Part shown: piece by piece, positions 41,349 to 51,533 of the stretch
Layout of the letters: every line of letters begins with the position of its first letter
Position numbering within the stretch: position 1 is the first letter of the stretch
Assembly (NCBI GenBank): GCA_963727505.1
Contig: CAVSGP010000002.1
Location: 271,562 to 335,561 of the forward strand
Length of the DNA stretch: 64,000 bases
Direction of reading: 5' to 3'
From: an uncultured Trueperaceae bacterium
Lineage (GTDB): Bacteria; Deinococcota; Deinococci; Deinococcales; Trueperaceae
Made by a program: the position numbers and the translations under genes
Notes under the pieces: generated by a model
Database searches by the model: none
Seen by the model: only the letters and a program-made list of their open reading frames with translations
Told to the model about the DNA's origin: nothing

Positions 41349-44300
41349 TGAGGCTCATCCTGAATGCGGCTCCCGCGCTCGGCCGGCTCCACCAGGAGCT
41401 GCACGGGGATGCTCCGCTTGAGGTCGTCGACGTGGCTGATCACGCCGACCATGCGGTGGTCCTCCTGCAGCCCCCGGAGGATCTCCACCACTTGCGCCAG
41501 CGTGCGCTGGTCGAGACTGCCGAAGCCCTCGTCCACGAACAGCGCGCCCAGCTCCGAACCCCCGCTCTGCTGCTGCGCGATCTCGCTCAGGGCCAGCGCC
41601 AGCGACAGGCTCGCCATGAAGCCCTCGCCTCCGGAGAGCGTGCGCACCTCCCGCATCTCGCCGCCACTGGCGTGGTCGCTCACGTCGAGCTCGAGGCCGC
41701 GGGAGCTGGCGCTCTCGTCCATGCGCAGGTGCAACGAGTAGCGCCCGCCGGTCATGTGATGGAGGTGGTGGTTGGCCGTCTGCAGCACCTGGTGGAAGAT
41801 CGACTGCAGCACGAAGGTCTCGAAGTCCACCCGCGCGCGGCCGGTGAGCTGACCGTTGGCCGTGTCGGAGAGGCGCTTGGCGGCCGATGCCCGCTCGCGA
41901 AGCTCCGCCTGCTCGCGCTCGATCTCCTGGAAGCGGGTCCATGCCTTCGTCAGGTCGCTGCTCCGCTTCCATGCCTCCGTCCAGCCTTGCTCGGCCTCCC
42001 CGAAGGCCGTCTCGGCCTGCTCGTAGGCGGCGGTGAGAACATCCAGATCGGGTCGGTCCTTGCCTTCGAGCTTCGCGGCCAGCTCGGTGAGGCGATGGCC
42101 TACCGTGGCGACCTCCTGGTCGTAGCTCGTCACCTGCTCGATCAGCGCTTCGAGGTCGTCCTCCGGCAGCGCGGCGGCCTCGACCTCGTCGCGGTCGGCG
42201 AACCCCTCTCGAGCGAGCTTCTGGGCGAAGGCCTCCTGGAGCCGTTCGAGCGCCTCGTCGGCCGTCGTCGCCTGGCCTTCCAACGTCGTTACCTGCGCCG
42301 AGGCGATCTTCTGAGCCTCATGGGCTTGACGGGTCCTCTCGGCCGCGCCGTCGAACCGCTCCTTCAACGCACGGTGCTCCGCCTCTGCGCCGGACAGTGC
42401 CTCCATGAACGCGTCCGGATCCCGGTGCTCTTCCGCCAGACCCTGGAGCACAGCGTCGATCGCCGCCTCAGCCGCCCGAAGCTCGCCCCGCGCTCCCTCG
42501 GCCGCTCGGTGCGCGTCGGCGAGAGCTTCGCGCCGCTTCGGGAGGCTCTCGTTCAGCTTCTCGACCTCGGTATCGATGGCCTCGACCCGCTTCGCTGCAC
42601 GCTTCGCGCTCGACGCGTTCCTCCTCCGCGGCTCGCCGTGGCGGCCTCGACGGCGTCGCGCTCCGGGACGGACCTCCACCCAACCACGCTGCTCCGCAAC
42701 CTTCTCCAACGAGGCCTGCAGCGACCGCGCCTTCTCCTTGTGCACCTCGACAGCAGCCGCCGACGCACCGAAGGTCTCGAACGCGTGCTCCAACGCTTCG
42801 ATGCCTCCGTCGGCCGCGGCCGGGCTCGGGTGGTGCACGTTGCCGCACACCGGACAGGGCTCGCCTTCGGCCAACGCGTCGGCGAGGAGGCCCGGCGCAT
42901 GCTCGCGCACCGCCTGGGTGAAGCTCGCCAGCGGATCCTCGCCGGCCTCGAGCTCGCGAAGCGCCTGCCTCGACTTCGGCCAACTGCTCCCTGCAGGCCG
43001 CGCGATCTCGTCGAGTGCCGCGAGGTCCGCGTCGAGCCGCGCCACGACCTCGCGAGCCTCCGACGCACCAGCCGCCAGGGGCCGCAGCTCCTTGCGCTCC
43101 TCCGCTAGCGCCTTGAGCTGCTGCTCGCTCTCCTGGACCCGCGCGTCAGCCTCCTCGACGGCCCTCTCCGCAGCCTTCACCGCCTCCGCCAGACCGCTGC
43201 GCTGGGCGCGCTTCTGCGCCACGCTGTCGACCTGCGGCTTCAGCGCCTTGAGGTTCTGGTAGTGCTGCTCGGCCGCGTCGAGATCGCCACGGCGCTCCTC
43301 GAGCGTCTCTTGTGCCGCCTGAGCCGACTCCAACTCCGCCCTGGCCGCCTCAAGCGTTTCCCGTGCACGCGCCACCTGCTCCGCGAGCCTCGCGACTTCC
43401 TTGTGCTGCGCCTCGAGGTGCGCCAGGTCGCCCGCAAGCTTCGCTGCCCGCTGGGCGCGGGCCGCCTGTTCCCGCCACGCGTCGACCTCGCTCGCCTTCG
43501 CCTCGAGCTCCTCACGCCGCGTGCGCTGGCGACCCAGCTCGTCGAAGTCGCCAGCCAGATGCTCGCCGTCCGTCTTCGCCTTGAACGCCGCGTCACGCGC
43601 CTTGCCGGCCGCCTTCTTATGCTTCTCGGCGGCCTTCTCTTCGGAAGCGGCCCTCTCGACGAGCTCCGAGAAGGCGTCGGCGTTCTGGGCCTCGGCACCC
43701 TCGAGCAGGGCCGTGCGCTCCTTCTCCTTCGCTTCGATGGCGCGGCCCAGCTCGGCCGACATCGCCTTGAGCCGTTCGGCCAGCCGCGCGAAGCGCCTCG
43801 TCTGGAAGATCGTCGCCAGGATGGAACGCCGCGCCTTGTGATCGGTCACTACCCTGCGGAAGGCCCCCTGCGGCAGCACCACGGTCTGCCGGAACTGATC
43901 CACATCGCAGCGCAGCATCTCCTGGACGGCCGCCGTCACGTCCGTGGCCTTGGCGCGCGAGCACCTTGCCGCTATCGAGCTCCTCGAGGCTCCCCTCGGT
44001 CTGCTCCGTGAGCGTCCCCTCGCCACGCTTCTTCGCCCGCTCCTGGGTCGGGAAGCGGGTGACACGGTAGCGCTTGCCGAGGTGCTCGAACTCGAACACC
44101 ACCTCCGTGCGCGGCCAGTCCTGAGCGATCCTCGATCGCCGCCTGCTTCAACGTGCTCACGAAGTCCGTGCCGTCACGCTCGCCGCCGCTCGTCGTGCCG
44201 AACAACGCGAAACAGATCGCGTCCAGCACGCTGCTCTTGCCCGACCCCGTGGGGCCGTGGATGAGGAAGAGACCGTGCTCCCCCAACGCCGCGAAGTCCA

Positions 44301-44359
44301 CCGTCTGCTCGGTCCAGAAAGGGCCCGAAGCCCGTCACCTCGAGCTTCAGGGGCCTCAC
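41341..44359 (-). CDS. sbcC: SbcC/Rad50 SMC-like ATPase (multiple frameshifts)
   Basis: VRPLKLEVTGFGPF, HGPTGSGKSS, VLPQGAF, coiled coil with CPVCG hook, LSGGE, FVDEGFGSLD, ISH; pieces spread over several frames. Confidence 0.88.
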
Positions 44360-45512
44360 GCTTCCGCCCCCTCGGGCTCGTCCAGCGCCTCGAGGAGCAG
44401 CGATTCCTCCAGCTCGCCCATGTCCTGCTCGAACACGTGCCGGTAGAACTGGCGGAAGGCGTCCTCCACCCGTAACGTCTTGTAGTCCCCCTCCAGCTTC
44501 GGGGCGCGGCTCCGCACCTCGATCGCCGGCTGCTCCAGCAGCGCGTTCGGATACCACTCGCGCAACCGCGCCACGGCATGCGGGATGGGGTCGCGGTCCG
44601 TCACCTTCACCAGGGTGTAGTGCTGACGCTCGGCCTCGTCCAGAGCCCGCGCCCCGATCACGACCTCCTCGAACGACAGGCCCTCGAGGACGCGCACCTC
44701 ACGGCTCACCTCGGATGGGAAGACTGCTCGCAGGACGTGCAGCGGCCGTCCTCCGCGAGCTCCACCAGCGTCACCGACTTCTCGGCGCCCGCCTCGCCGA
44801 AGGAGTACGGGTACGGCGACCCGCTGTAGCGAACCTCCCCCGACGAGCCCAGCTTGCGCGCCCCATGGATGTGCCCCAACGCCACGTACGCGAAGCCCTC
44901 GAACGCGCTCACCGGCACCCCGCCGGCGCCTCCCACCTGGATCGCGTCCTCACCCTCCGGCTCCTCCGTACCCTCCACGAACGCATGCCCCACCAGAACA
45001 GCCGGGACGCCGGGCGAACGGGCCTCCCGCACGCGCCCGAGCACCCACTGCATCGCCCCCGCGTAGTCGAAGGCGCCGAGACCCGGCGACGCATCGCGGA
45101 AGGCCGCGTTCACGTGCACGGGCTTGTGGAACGGCACGCCGAACAGATCGACGCCGGCGATCCGCACGGGCTCGGCACTCGCTCCGAGCGTGTGCACGAT
45201 GTGCAGGCCCGCGCGCTTCGCCAGACCCGCGTGCAACGAGATGCGCTCGGCATGGTCGTGGTTCCCGGGAATCACGACCATGGGAATGCCCAGCTCCCCC
45301 ACGATCCGCTCGACCGTCTCCTCCCACAGCTCCAACGCGGCCACCTGCGGGATGTGCGTGTCGAACACATCGCCCGCAAGGATGAGTGCGTCAGGGCGCG
45401 CGTCGGCAACGAGATCGCCGATACGCGCCAGCGCCTCCCGCTGCTCCCCGATCAACGAGAAGTCGTGAAGGCGCTTGCCCAGGTGCCAGTCGGCGGTGTG
45501 GATGAACCTCAC
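44356..45512 (-). CDS. sbcD: SbcD/Mre11 nuclease (frameshift near 44715-44735)
   Basis: HTADWHLG, AGDVFD, GNHD, VGHAF, ALGHIH, YSGSP; C-terminal part in ORF 44356-44709. Confidence 0.9.
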
Positions 45513-45548
45513 GCGATTACCCCATCACATCTGTCGAAACGCGATTCC

Positions 45549-45619
45549 AGCGGTGGACCCCATGTGCCGGACAGTCCGGCCTGGTTCCTCGACCGCGTTC
45601 ATGCGCTCGGCCTCGGCCT
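45549..45619 (+). repeat. 71-bp dispersed direct repeat, copy 1
   Basis: Aligns without gaps to 48144-48214 with 10 mismatches (manual count). Confidence 0.85.
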
Positions 45620-45723
45620 TGAACCCATCCGGATTGGGTGCGTTGCTCGCTCTCGTCATGAACACGGTTCCTTCCTGAGCATGCTAGCCCACGCAAACTC
45701 GTGTTCACCCAAGCAGGGGAGCC

Positions 45724-46341
45724 TCACCGCGCCGAGCTGGGTTCGTTCTCCGCAGGCCAACCGAAGCACATCAGCAGCACCGGCGCGAGCGGTGGCGTCA
45801 AGCCGAGCACCGACGCCGTCGCCTCGTCCCGGATGCCACCAACCAGCACCGCGCCAAGGCCCTGCGCCACCGCCTGCAAGTGAATGTTCTGCGCCGCAGC
45901 GCCAGCCTCGATGAAGGTGTAGCGCGCCGCGCGATCACCGAACACAGCTTGCTCGGCAAAAGCGCGCCCCATCAAAGCAAGATCGGCCGACACTGCAAGG
46001 ACGCCCGCCGCCGCACCAATCCAGGGTTGATCGCCAATAGCGGCCTCCTCGAGCGAAGAGACAACGTCTCCACCTCGCAACCGCTCGAAGGTTCTGGCGT
46101 CGGGATCGGCGCAGTACAGCCCGGGCGCGAGCCCCTCGATGCGGCGCGCCGCGAGCTGCAGGCGTAGCGGGTGCACGTGGTGAGCCGACGGCGCCGCGCG
46201 ATTGCCGCCATCGTCGGTACGACCCTGCGCCGCTCGCACCAGCGCACGAACAGCGTCGGATGGCACGTCCCGGTCGTCGAAAGCCCGGCAAGTGCGGCGC
46301 CGGGCGATAGCGTCCTCAAGGAGAATGGATCCCGGCCTCAC
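45724..46341 (-). CDS. SagB/ThcOx-family nitroreductase
   Basis: RRTCRAF, RAAPSAH, IEAGAAAQNIHLQA..GLG. Confidence 0.88.
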   Translation of the reverse strand: MRPGSILLEDAIARRRTCRAFDDRDVPSDAVRALVRAAQGRTDDGGNRAAPSAHHVHPLRLQLAARRIEGLAPGLYCADPDARTFERLRGGDVVSSLEEAAIGDQPWIGAAAGVLAVSADLALMGRAFAEQAVFGDRAARYTFIEAGAAAQNIHLQAVAQGLGAVLVGGIRDEATASVLGLTPPLAPVLLMCFGWPAENEPSSAR

Positions 46342-46659
46342 CCTAGAATCCTAACGCTGTGCTCTTGGCCTTACCCTGGACAAGAGAAGTCGTCGGACGC
46401 TTGATGACGGCCTCCACTCGCCACCCGCATGGGCCAACGATGAGTCACCAGACGAACCGATGCCGCGCGGCATTCGCGCGCCGCGCGAGCCCTCGGTCGC
46501 GTTCACGGCCTTGCGCTCGTTCATGATTCATGAACACCTCTCTATTCGTGAACGCACAAGCGCACGCTGGCGCACCCAACTGACACGACACCACACGAAG
46601 AGCGGCTTCAGAATCTCCGAAGCCGCTTCTTCTTTTCGCCGTCCCTGACGGTCTTTCTC

Positions 46660-46704
46660 TGGTGGAGCTGAGGGGATTCGAACCCCTGATCTTCTGAATG
46701 CCAT
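46660..46704 (-). tRNA. 3' half of tRNA-Ala(GGC); displaced att fragment, not a full gene
   Basis: ATGGCAT (anticodon loop)-TCAGAAGATC-AGGGG-TTCGAAT-CCCCT-CAGCTCC-A-CCA; no D arm or 5' acceptor strand upstream. Confidence 0.85.
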
Positions 46705-46850
46705 CCCGGCTTAGAAATGCCGTCCTGTAGCTGGTTTTCCCGGATTGTCCCTTCCTGACGCACGGCGCGTCCCGGTGCTTCACCCCTCGTGTTGTTGCGT
46801 CCTCGCCTGTCTGCCGTCAGGGCTGCCGTCACTTCTGCCGTAAGAACACC
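46694..46850 (+). repeat. 157-bp att-arm repeat, copy 1
   Basis: Core CTGAATGCCATC plus three CTGCCGTCA-like 9-mers at 12-bp spacing (46811, 46823, 46835); 17 mismatches versus copy 2, no gaps. Confidence 0.92.
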
Positions 46851-47398
46851 CTTCAGGAAGCGCCCTGGTGTCGGACGCCCGCTGACCGAACAGACGGCCG
46901 GCCCCTGGTGGAAGCGCCACACCCTTCACGGCTGGACCCGCACCTGGAACTTCGTGACCACCCGCGACGAAGAGCCCGCTGCCAGGATCGCTGCCGGGAT
47001 CGCTTCCGCTGGTGCCTCCTGTCACTCGCTCCTCGATCGAGCGCCGTTCCGCGCCTCCTACACCGCCGGTACCTGAACCCCCGGCCGCGCACGCCGCCCG
47101 CCCGCCCGCGTCAGGACCGCACCGTCCCTGAACCAGCGGCTCCCTCCGGAGGCCCACCTGAGAGCGCTCGCGATGGACGCGCTCGAACACCCAATCGAGC
47201 TCGCGTGCCTCATCCATCGCGGCGGGCACCGGCCCGCTGACCGTGTGGCGACTAGGGCGCGCCTTTTGCCACAGGAAGCTGCGGGGTGGAGCGCGCACGG
47301 GGCTGTGGTGAGGGTCGATCGTGTCACCACGCCCGCCCGACGTCTGGACGTGCCGGAACGGCACTGCCGCTGTAGGCTTGATGGAGGGGGCGAAAGCG

Positions 47399-48031
47399 AT
47401 GATCGCCTGGACGAACGTCGTCGTCCTCGTCGTGGCTACCGGCCTGACCGCCCTGACCTACGTCAGGAGCGCCGGGCCCGCCGCACTGGAGCGGAAGATC
47501 GGCGGCATCGCCTATGCCCGCTGCACGCGATACCGCTTCCTCTCGGGGATCTTCATGACACTGGCGGGCATCGACTACGTCGTGTACGCCTTCTTCCCCC
47601 TTCCCCTGACGCTGCCGCGCACCTTCCCGTGGCCGTACTGGCTGTCGGCGCTCATCGCCGTCGCGATCGCCGTTCCCTCGGGAATCCTGTGGATACGGGG
47701 CATGAGAGACGCCGGCGAGGAAACCATGCTGGTCAGGAAACAGCACCAGCTCTACGGCGGCATCTACCAGAGCATCCGTCACCCGCAGGCCGCCGGCGAG
47801 GTCTGGTACTGGTGGGTCTTCGCATTCCTCTGCCACTCCCCGTTCCTCGCCATCTACTCGCTGGTCTGGTTACCCCTCTTCCACCTCATGAGCCGGGCCG
47901 AGGAGCGCGACCTCCTGATCCGCTACGGCGACGCCTACCGCACCTACCTTCAGCGCACCGGCATGTACCTCCCCAAGCGGCGCAGAACCCATGCGAGCGC
48001 GAACAACTCAGAATCGCAACGCTCGCGCTAA
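47399..48031 (+). CDS. Isoprenylcysteine carboxyl methyltransferase/PEMT-family membrane protein
   Basis: TM helices; GIYQSIRHPQ, EERDL..RYGDAY..Y. Confidence 0.85.
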   Translation: MIAWTNVVVLVVATGLTALTYVRSAGPAALERKIGGIAYARCTRYRFLSGIFMTLAGIDYVVYAFFPLPLTLPRTFPWPYWLSALIAVAIAVPSGILWIRGMRDAGEETMLVRKQHQLYGGIYQSIRHPQAAGEVWYWWVFAFLCHSPFLAIYSLVWLPLFHLMSRAEERDLLIRYGDAYRTYLQRTGMYLPKRRRTHASANNSESQRSR

Positions 48032-48143
48032 GGCTCACACTGCACCAGCGTCGGCTGCCGAAACGCGAGCCGCGCCACGCGCACCTCTCCCGGAGCGCCG
48101 TTCCCGCACAAGACTCGGATGCATCTCGTCCACGGCACCGGAG

Positions 48144-48239
48144 AGCGGTGGACCCAATGTGCCGGACGTTCCGGCTCGGTTCCTTGAGCGCGTTCATGCG
48201 CTTGGGCTCGGGCTCGGGCTCGGGCTTGGGCTCGGGCTC
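48144..48239 (+). repeat. 71-bp repeat copy 2 running into a (GGGCTC/T)x6 hexamer tract
   Basis: Match to 45549-45619; hexamer units at 48204-48239. Confidence 0.85.
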
Positions 48240-48290
48240 GGCCGGCTATCGTGAGGCCTCGAAACAGACTGTCGGTCGCGGCTGGCAATG

Positions 48291-48338
48291 TGTTCCAATT
48301 CTTATCACCTCGTTGGCCATGTGATAAGAATTGGAACA
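48291..48338. promoter_or_regulatory. AbiE autoregulatory operator
   Basis: Perfect 18-bp inverted repeat TGTTCCAATTCTTATCAC-N12-GTGATAAGAATTGGAACA directly before abiEi. Confidence 0.8.
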
Positions 48339-48339
48339 G

Positions 48340-48948
48340 GTGGCGGCCGCGAATCACACCCACGAACTCATCGCCCTGCTTCGGAAGAAGCGTCTCGTCC
48401 GAACGCGCGACGTCGAAGAGGCCGGCATACCGCGCGCCTACCTCACCAGGCTCGTCAAGCAGGGCAAGATACGCCGCGTTGCGCGTGGCCTCTACGAACT
48501 AACTGACGCCCCCACCGACGAGAACGCCACCCTTGCCGAGGTCTGCAAGCGCGTGCCCCGCGCCACCATCTGCCTCCTGTCGGCCGCGCAGTTCCACGAG
48601 CTCACGACGGCCACCCCACCCGCAGTCTGGATAACCCTCCCGACCCACACGCCACACCCGAAGATCGACTTCGTACGCCTCGAAATCGTCTACACCGACC
48701 CCTCACTGCTCGGCCCCACAGCCATCGAGTCTCACGACCACTACGGCGCCACCATCCGAATCACATCCGCGTCAAGGACCGTGGCTGACATGTTCCGCTT
48801 CCGCAACCGCGTGGGGCTCGAGCTCGCACTCGAAACGCTACGCACCTACGCCTCGCGTGAGGGGAACCTCCGTGATCTCCTCTACCAGGCGAAGCTCCTG
48901 CGCGTCGACAGCGTTCTCGCCCCCTACCTCCAGGCGCTCCATCCATGA
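48340..48948 (+). CDS. abiEi: Type IV TA antitoxin AbiEi family
   Basis: wHTH YLTRLVKQGKIRRVARGLY; CLLSAAQFHELTT; RTVADMFRFRNRVG. Confidence 0.9.
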   Translation: MAAANHTHELIALLRKKRLVRTRDVEEAGIPRAYLTRLVKQGKIRRVARGLYELTDAPTDENATLAEVCKRVPRATICLLSAAQFHELTTATPPAVWITLPTHTPHPKIDFVRLEIVYTDPSLLGPTAIESHDHYGATIRITSASRTVADMFRFRNRVGLELALETLRTYASREGNLRDLLYQAKLLRVDSVLAPYLQALHP

Positions 48949-49800
48949 GCTCTCCACAGAGCATTCGGGACCGCCTCACCAACCTCGCTCGCAGAGCGAA
49001 ACATCGACGTTCAACTCACCTTCACGACCTACGCCATCGAGCGCACCCTCTATCGCCTGAGCCTCACGCCCAACGCCGACAGCTTCGTCCTGAAGGGAGC
49101 CCAGCTACTCCGCCAGTACCTTCCGGAAGACAGCTATCGCGCCTCACGGGACGGGGACCTCCTAGCGCATGGCGACCAAAGCCTGCAACACCTGGCGGAC
49201 ACCATCCTCGAAGCGGCGACACTCGACCTACCCGACGGGCTCGTCTATGACCTCAACAGCCTGGTGATCGACGAAATCCGAGAAGGCAACGCCTACGCAG
49301 GCCTTAGGGCCCGAATCCAGGCAAACCTGGCTGGCGCACGTCTCCGCGTTCAACTCGATGTTGCCTTCGGGGATGCCGTCGTGCCTCCGCCTACCGAGGT
49401 CCCGTTCCGCACGCTGCTCGACCAACCCGCCCCCAAACTGAAGGGATATGCGATCGAGACGGTTGTCGCCGAGAAGCTTCAGGCCATCACCAGCCTCGGA
49501 CTCATCAACAGCCGCCTCAAGGACTACTTCGACCTATGGTTCATCGCTCAGCACATCGAAGTCGACCAATCCAGGCTCGAGGCAGCCATCACCGCTACCT
49601 ACGAGCGGCGCCGAACCGAAGTCGACCCACAACCGCCCGGCCTCTCTGACGAGTACGCCGAGGACGCGAAGTGGAACCGACAGTGGATAGCCCTGCTGAG
49701 GAACAACGACCTCCAGGCCCCACCCCTAATCGACGTCTGCCAGCAAATCCTGGCGGCTTTCAACCCAGCACTGGAGCTCGCCGCGGAGCGGAACGAATAG
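48945..49800 (+). CDS. abiEii: Type IV TA nucleotidyltransferase toxin AbiEii (+1 frameshift near 48993)
   Basis: SIRDRLTNLA, then in the shifted frame YAIERTLYRL, FVLKGA, R.SRDGDLL, AEKLQA, SRLKDYFDL; ATGA overlap with abiEi. Confidence 0.88.
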
Positions 49801-49916
49801 CGCACTCCAAGCGCAAGCCGAACTCGCGGCGGCCGACCGCCGCCTCACCCGAGGCAAGCGTCACCGACCGTGCGACCAGATCTGTTCTGGGTCTCTTGCC
49901 TGGGGGTGCCTACCCA

Positions 49917-50073
49917 CTGAATGCCATCCCGGCCTAGAAATGCCGTCCTGTAGCCGGTTTTCCCGGACTGCCTCTTCCTGACGCGCGGGGCGTCCCGGCG
50001 CTTCACCCCTCGTGTTGTTGCGTCCTCGCCTGTCTGCCATCAGGTCTGCCGTCGAGGTTGCCGTCACAACACC
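49917..50073 (+). repeat. 157-bp att-arm repeat, copy 2
   Basis: Same core and arm 9-mers (50034, 50046, 50058), but not joined to tRNA 3' sequence. Confidence 0.92.
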
Positions 50074-50505
50074 GCTACGCGTACCCGCCGTCACCACGCC
50101 ATTCTCTTTCTCCGGCACTCTAGATCACCTCAGAATGCGAGGCGAGAGCCTCGAGAAAGCCGCGCTCAACGTTGGGGCCCAAGCGATTCGCGTTCGACAC
50201 TTGCGCTTGGGTGAGCCGCCATGCCAGCTCGGTGCTGGACGAGGTTCGTCTAGATGGTGGGCGCTGCCAACTTGGCATCGACTTCGCCGGGGGCGAGTTC
50301 CGGCAGGCTCGCAATCGCCCGTCCTGCGGGTGACAAAACCCCGGAGGCCGGACAGCCGGTTCAGGTGGTGCAGGGTCGGGGGAGCGGGGCGGTCCGTAAC
50401 GGGATGTAGAGCTCTCGTGGTATCGAGCGAGCGCGAGGGCACCGCCTTGCGGTTGAATCGGACAGGTCCAGCCTCTACGCTCTAGACACGAGTGCAGGAG
50501 ACATC

Positions 50506-50985
50506 GTGTCGCGGAAGGCAGCGCAAACGCCAACGCCGGAGAACAGCGCAGGCGGGATGAGGATGCCGATGACCAACAGGTCCGCTTTCACCAACAGCCC
50601 GGACGCCGAGTTCGGGCATGCTGAGCGTCTCGCGCAGCTATCGCCCATCCGGCAGGCGCTACGGCGGCTGCTCCAACTGGAGATCGAACACGAGTTCGGC
50701 ACACAGGACGCGTACCATCGCATCCTGAACGACGGGATTCCGGCTCGTGCCCTGGCGCATGGTCACGTCTACGCGACCCTGCTCGCCCGTCCCGCCGATG
50801 ACGCGCTCGAAGTCCGCGCTCACCTTCCGGAGGATCTTCCGGCCCCGGCCGTCACGTGCCCGTTGGCCCGCACGTCTCCCGGCGGGCGCAAGGAAGTGAT
50901 CGTGTACCGCTTCCGGCCCGAGCGAATGCGACACCTGCAAGAGCTGATCGATGTCTTGAAGACAGCACGATCGGAAGCCGCGTGA
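50506..50985 (+). CDS. Hypothetical protein
   Basis: AGGAG RBS before GTG (alternative ATGs at 50557-50569); TGATG overlap with the next gene. Confidence 0.6.
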   Translation: MSRKAAQTPTPENSAGGMRMPMTNRSAFTNSPDAEFGHAERLAQLSPIRQALRRLLQLEIEHEFGTQDAYHRILNDGIPARALAHGHVYATLLARPADDALEVRAHLPEDLPAPAVTCPLARTSPGGRKEVIVYRFRPERMRHLQELIDVLKTARSEAA

Positions 50986-51533
50986 TGACGACGGCGCCAC
51001 TGCACCGGATCGAGGAGGCACGTGCGAGGTACGCCCCGGCTCACGTCCGGTGGCTGTTCATCGCGGAGGCCCCACCGAGAAGTCCGGAGCGCTTCTTCTA
51101 CTACGGGAACGTGCCCACCGGCGACAGCTTGTTCCTGACGCTGATGCGCACACTCTATCCGCAGGACTATGCAGCGCTCGACGCTGCCGTCCTGCGCGCG
51201 CAGAAGCCGGCGATCCTCTCGCGCTTCAGGGACGAGGGATGCTTCCTCGAGGACGCGTCCAGCGCGCCGATTCAGGGCAGTCCCTCCAGTAAGAAACGGG
51301 CACTGCGCGCCGCGCTCCCATCGCTCCTGGAGCGCCTCGAACCATTGCGCGAGAATCACCCGAAGGTCGTCCTCATATCGGCCACCGTGTACGAGGTGTC
51401 CAGCGCCGCGCTGAAGCGCGCCCAATGGAACGTCCTCAACGAGGAGGCCGTACCGTTCCCCGGCTCAGGACAGCAGGCGCGCTTCCGGGACATCGTGGCG
51501 CGTCTGCTGCTAGCGAACGGCTGGTCGGCGTGA
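50985..51533 (+). CDS. Divergent uracil-DNA glycosylase superfamily-like protein
   Basis: WLFIAEAPP...FFYY (motif A-like), FLED, VPFPG (motif B position, no His). Confidence 0.6.
   Translation: MTTAPLHRIEEARARYAPAHVRWLFIAEAPPRSPERFFYYGNVPTGDSLFLTLMRTLYPQDYAALDAAVLRAQKPAILSRFRDEGCFLEDASSAPIQGSPSSKKRALRAALPSLLERLEPLRENHPKVVLISATVYEVSSAALKRAQWNVLNEEAVPFPGSGQQARFRDIVARLLLANGWSA

Noticed and set aside
36448..43108. 708-aa and 586-aa plus-strand ORFs
   Set aside because: Antisense shadows of the addA-like gene and sbcC
46660..46740. Full-length tRNA-Ala gene
   Set aside because: Only the anticodon loop to CCA is present; the upstream sequence cannot form a D arm or acceptor stem
50100..50500. 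Possible integrase remnant next to the second att arm
   Set aside because: No H-x-x-R or LGH...Y tyrosine recombinase motifs in the frames examined
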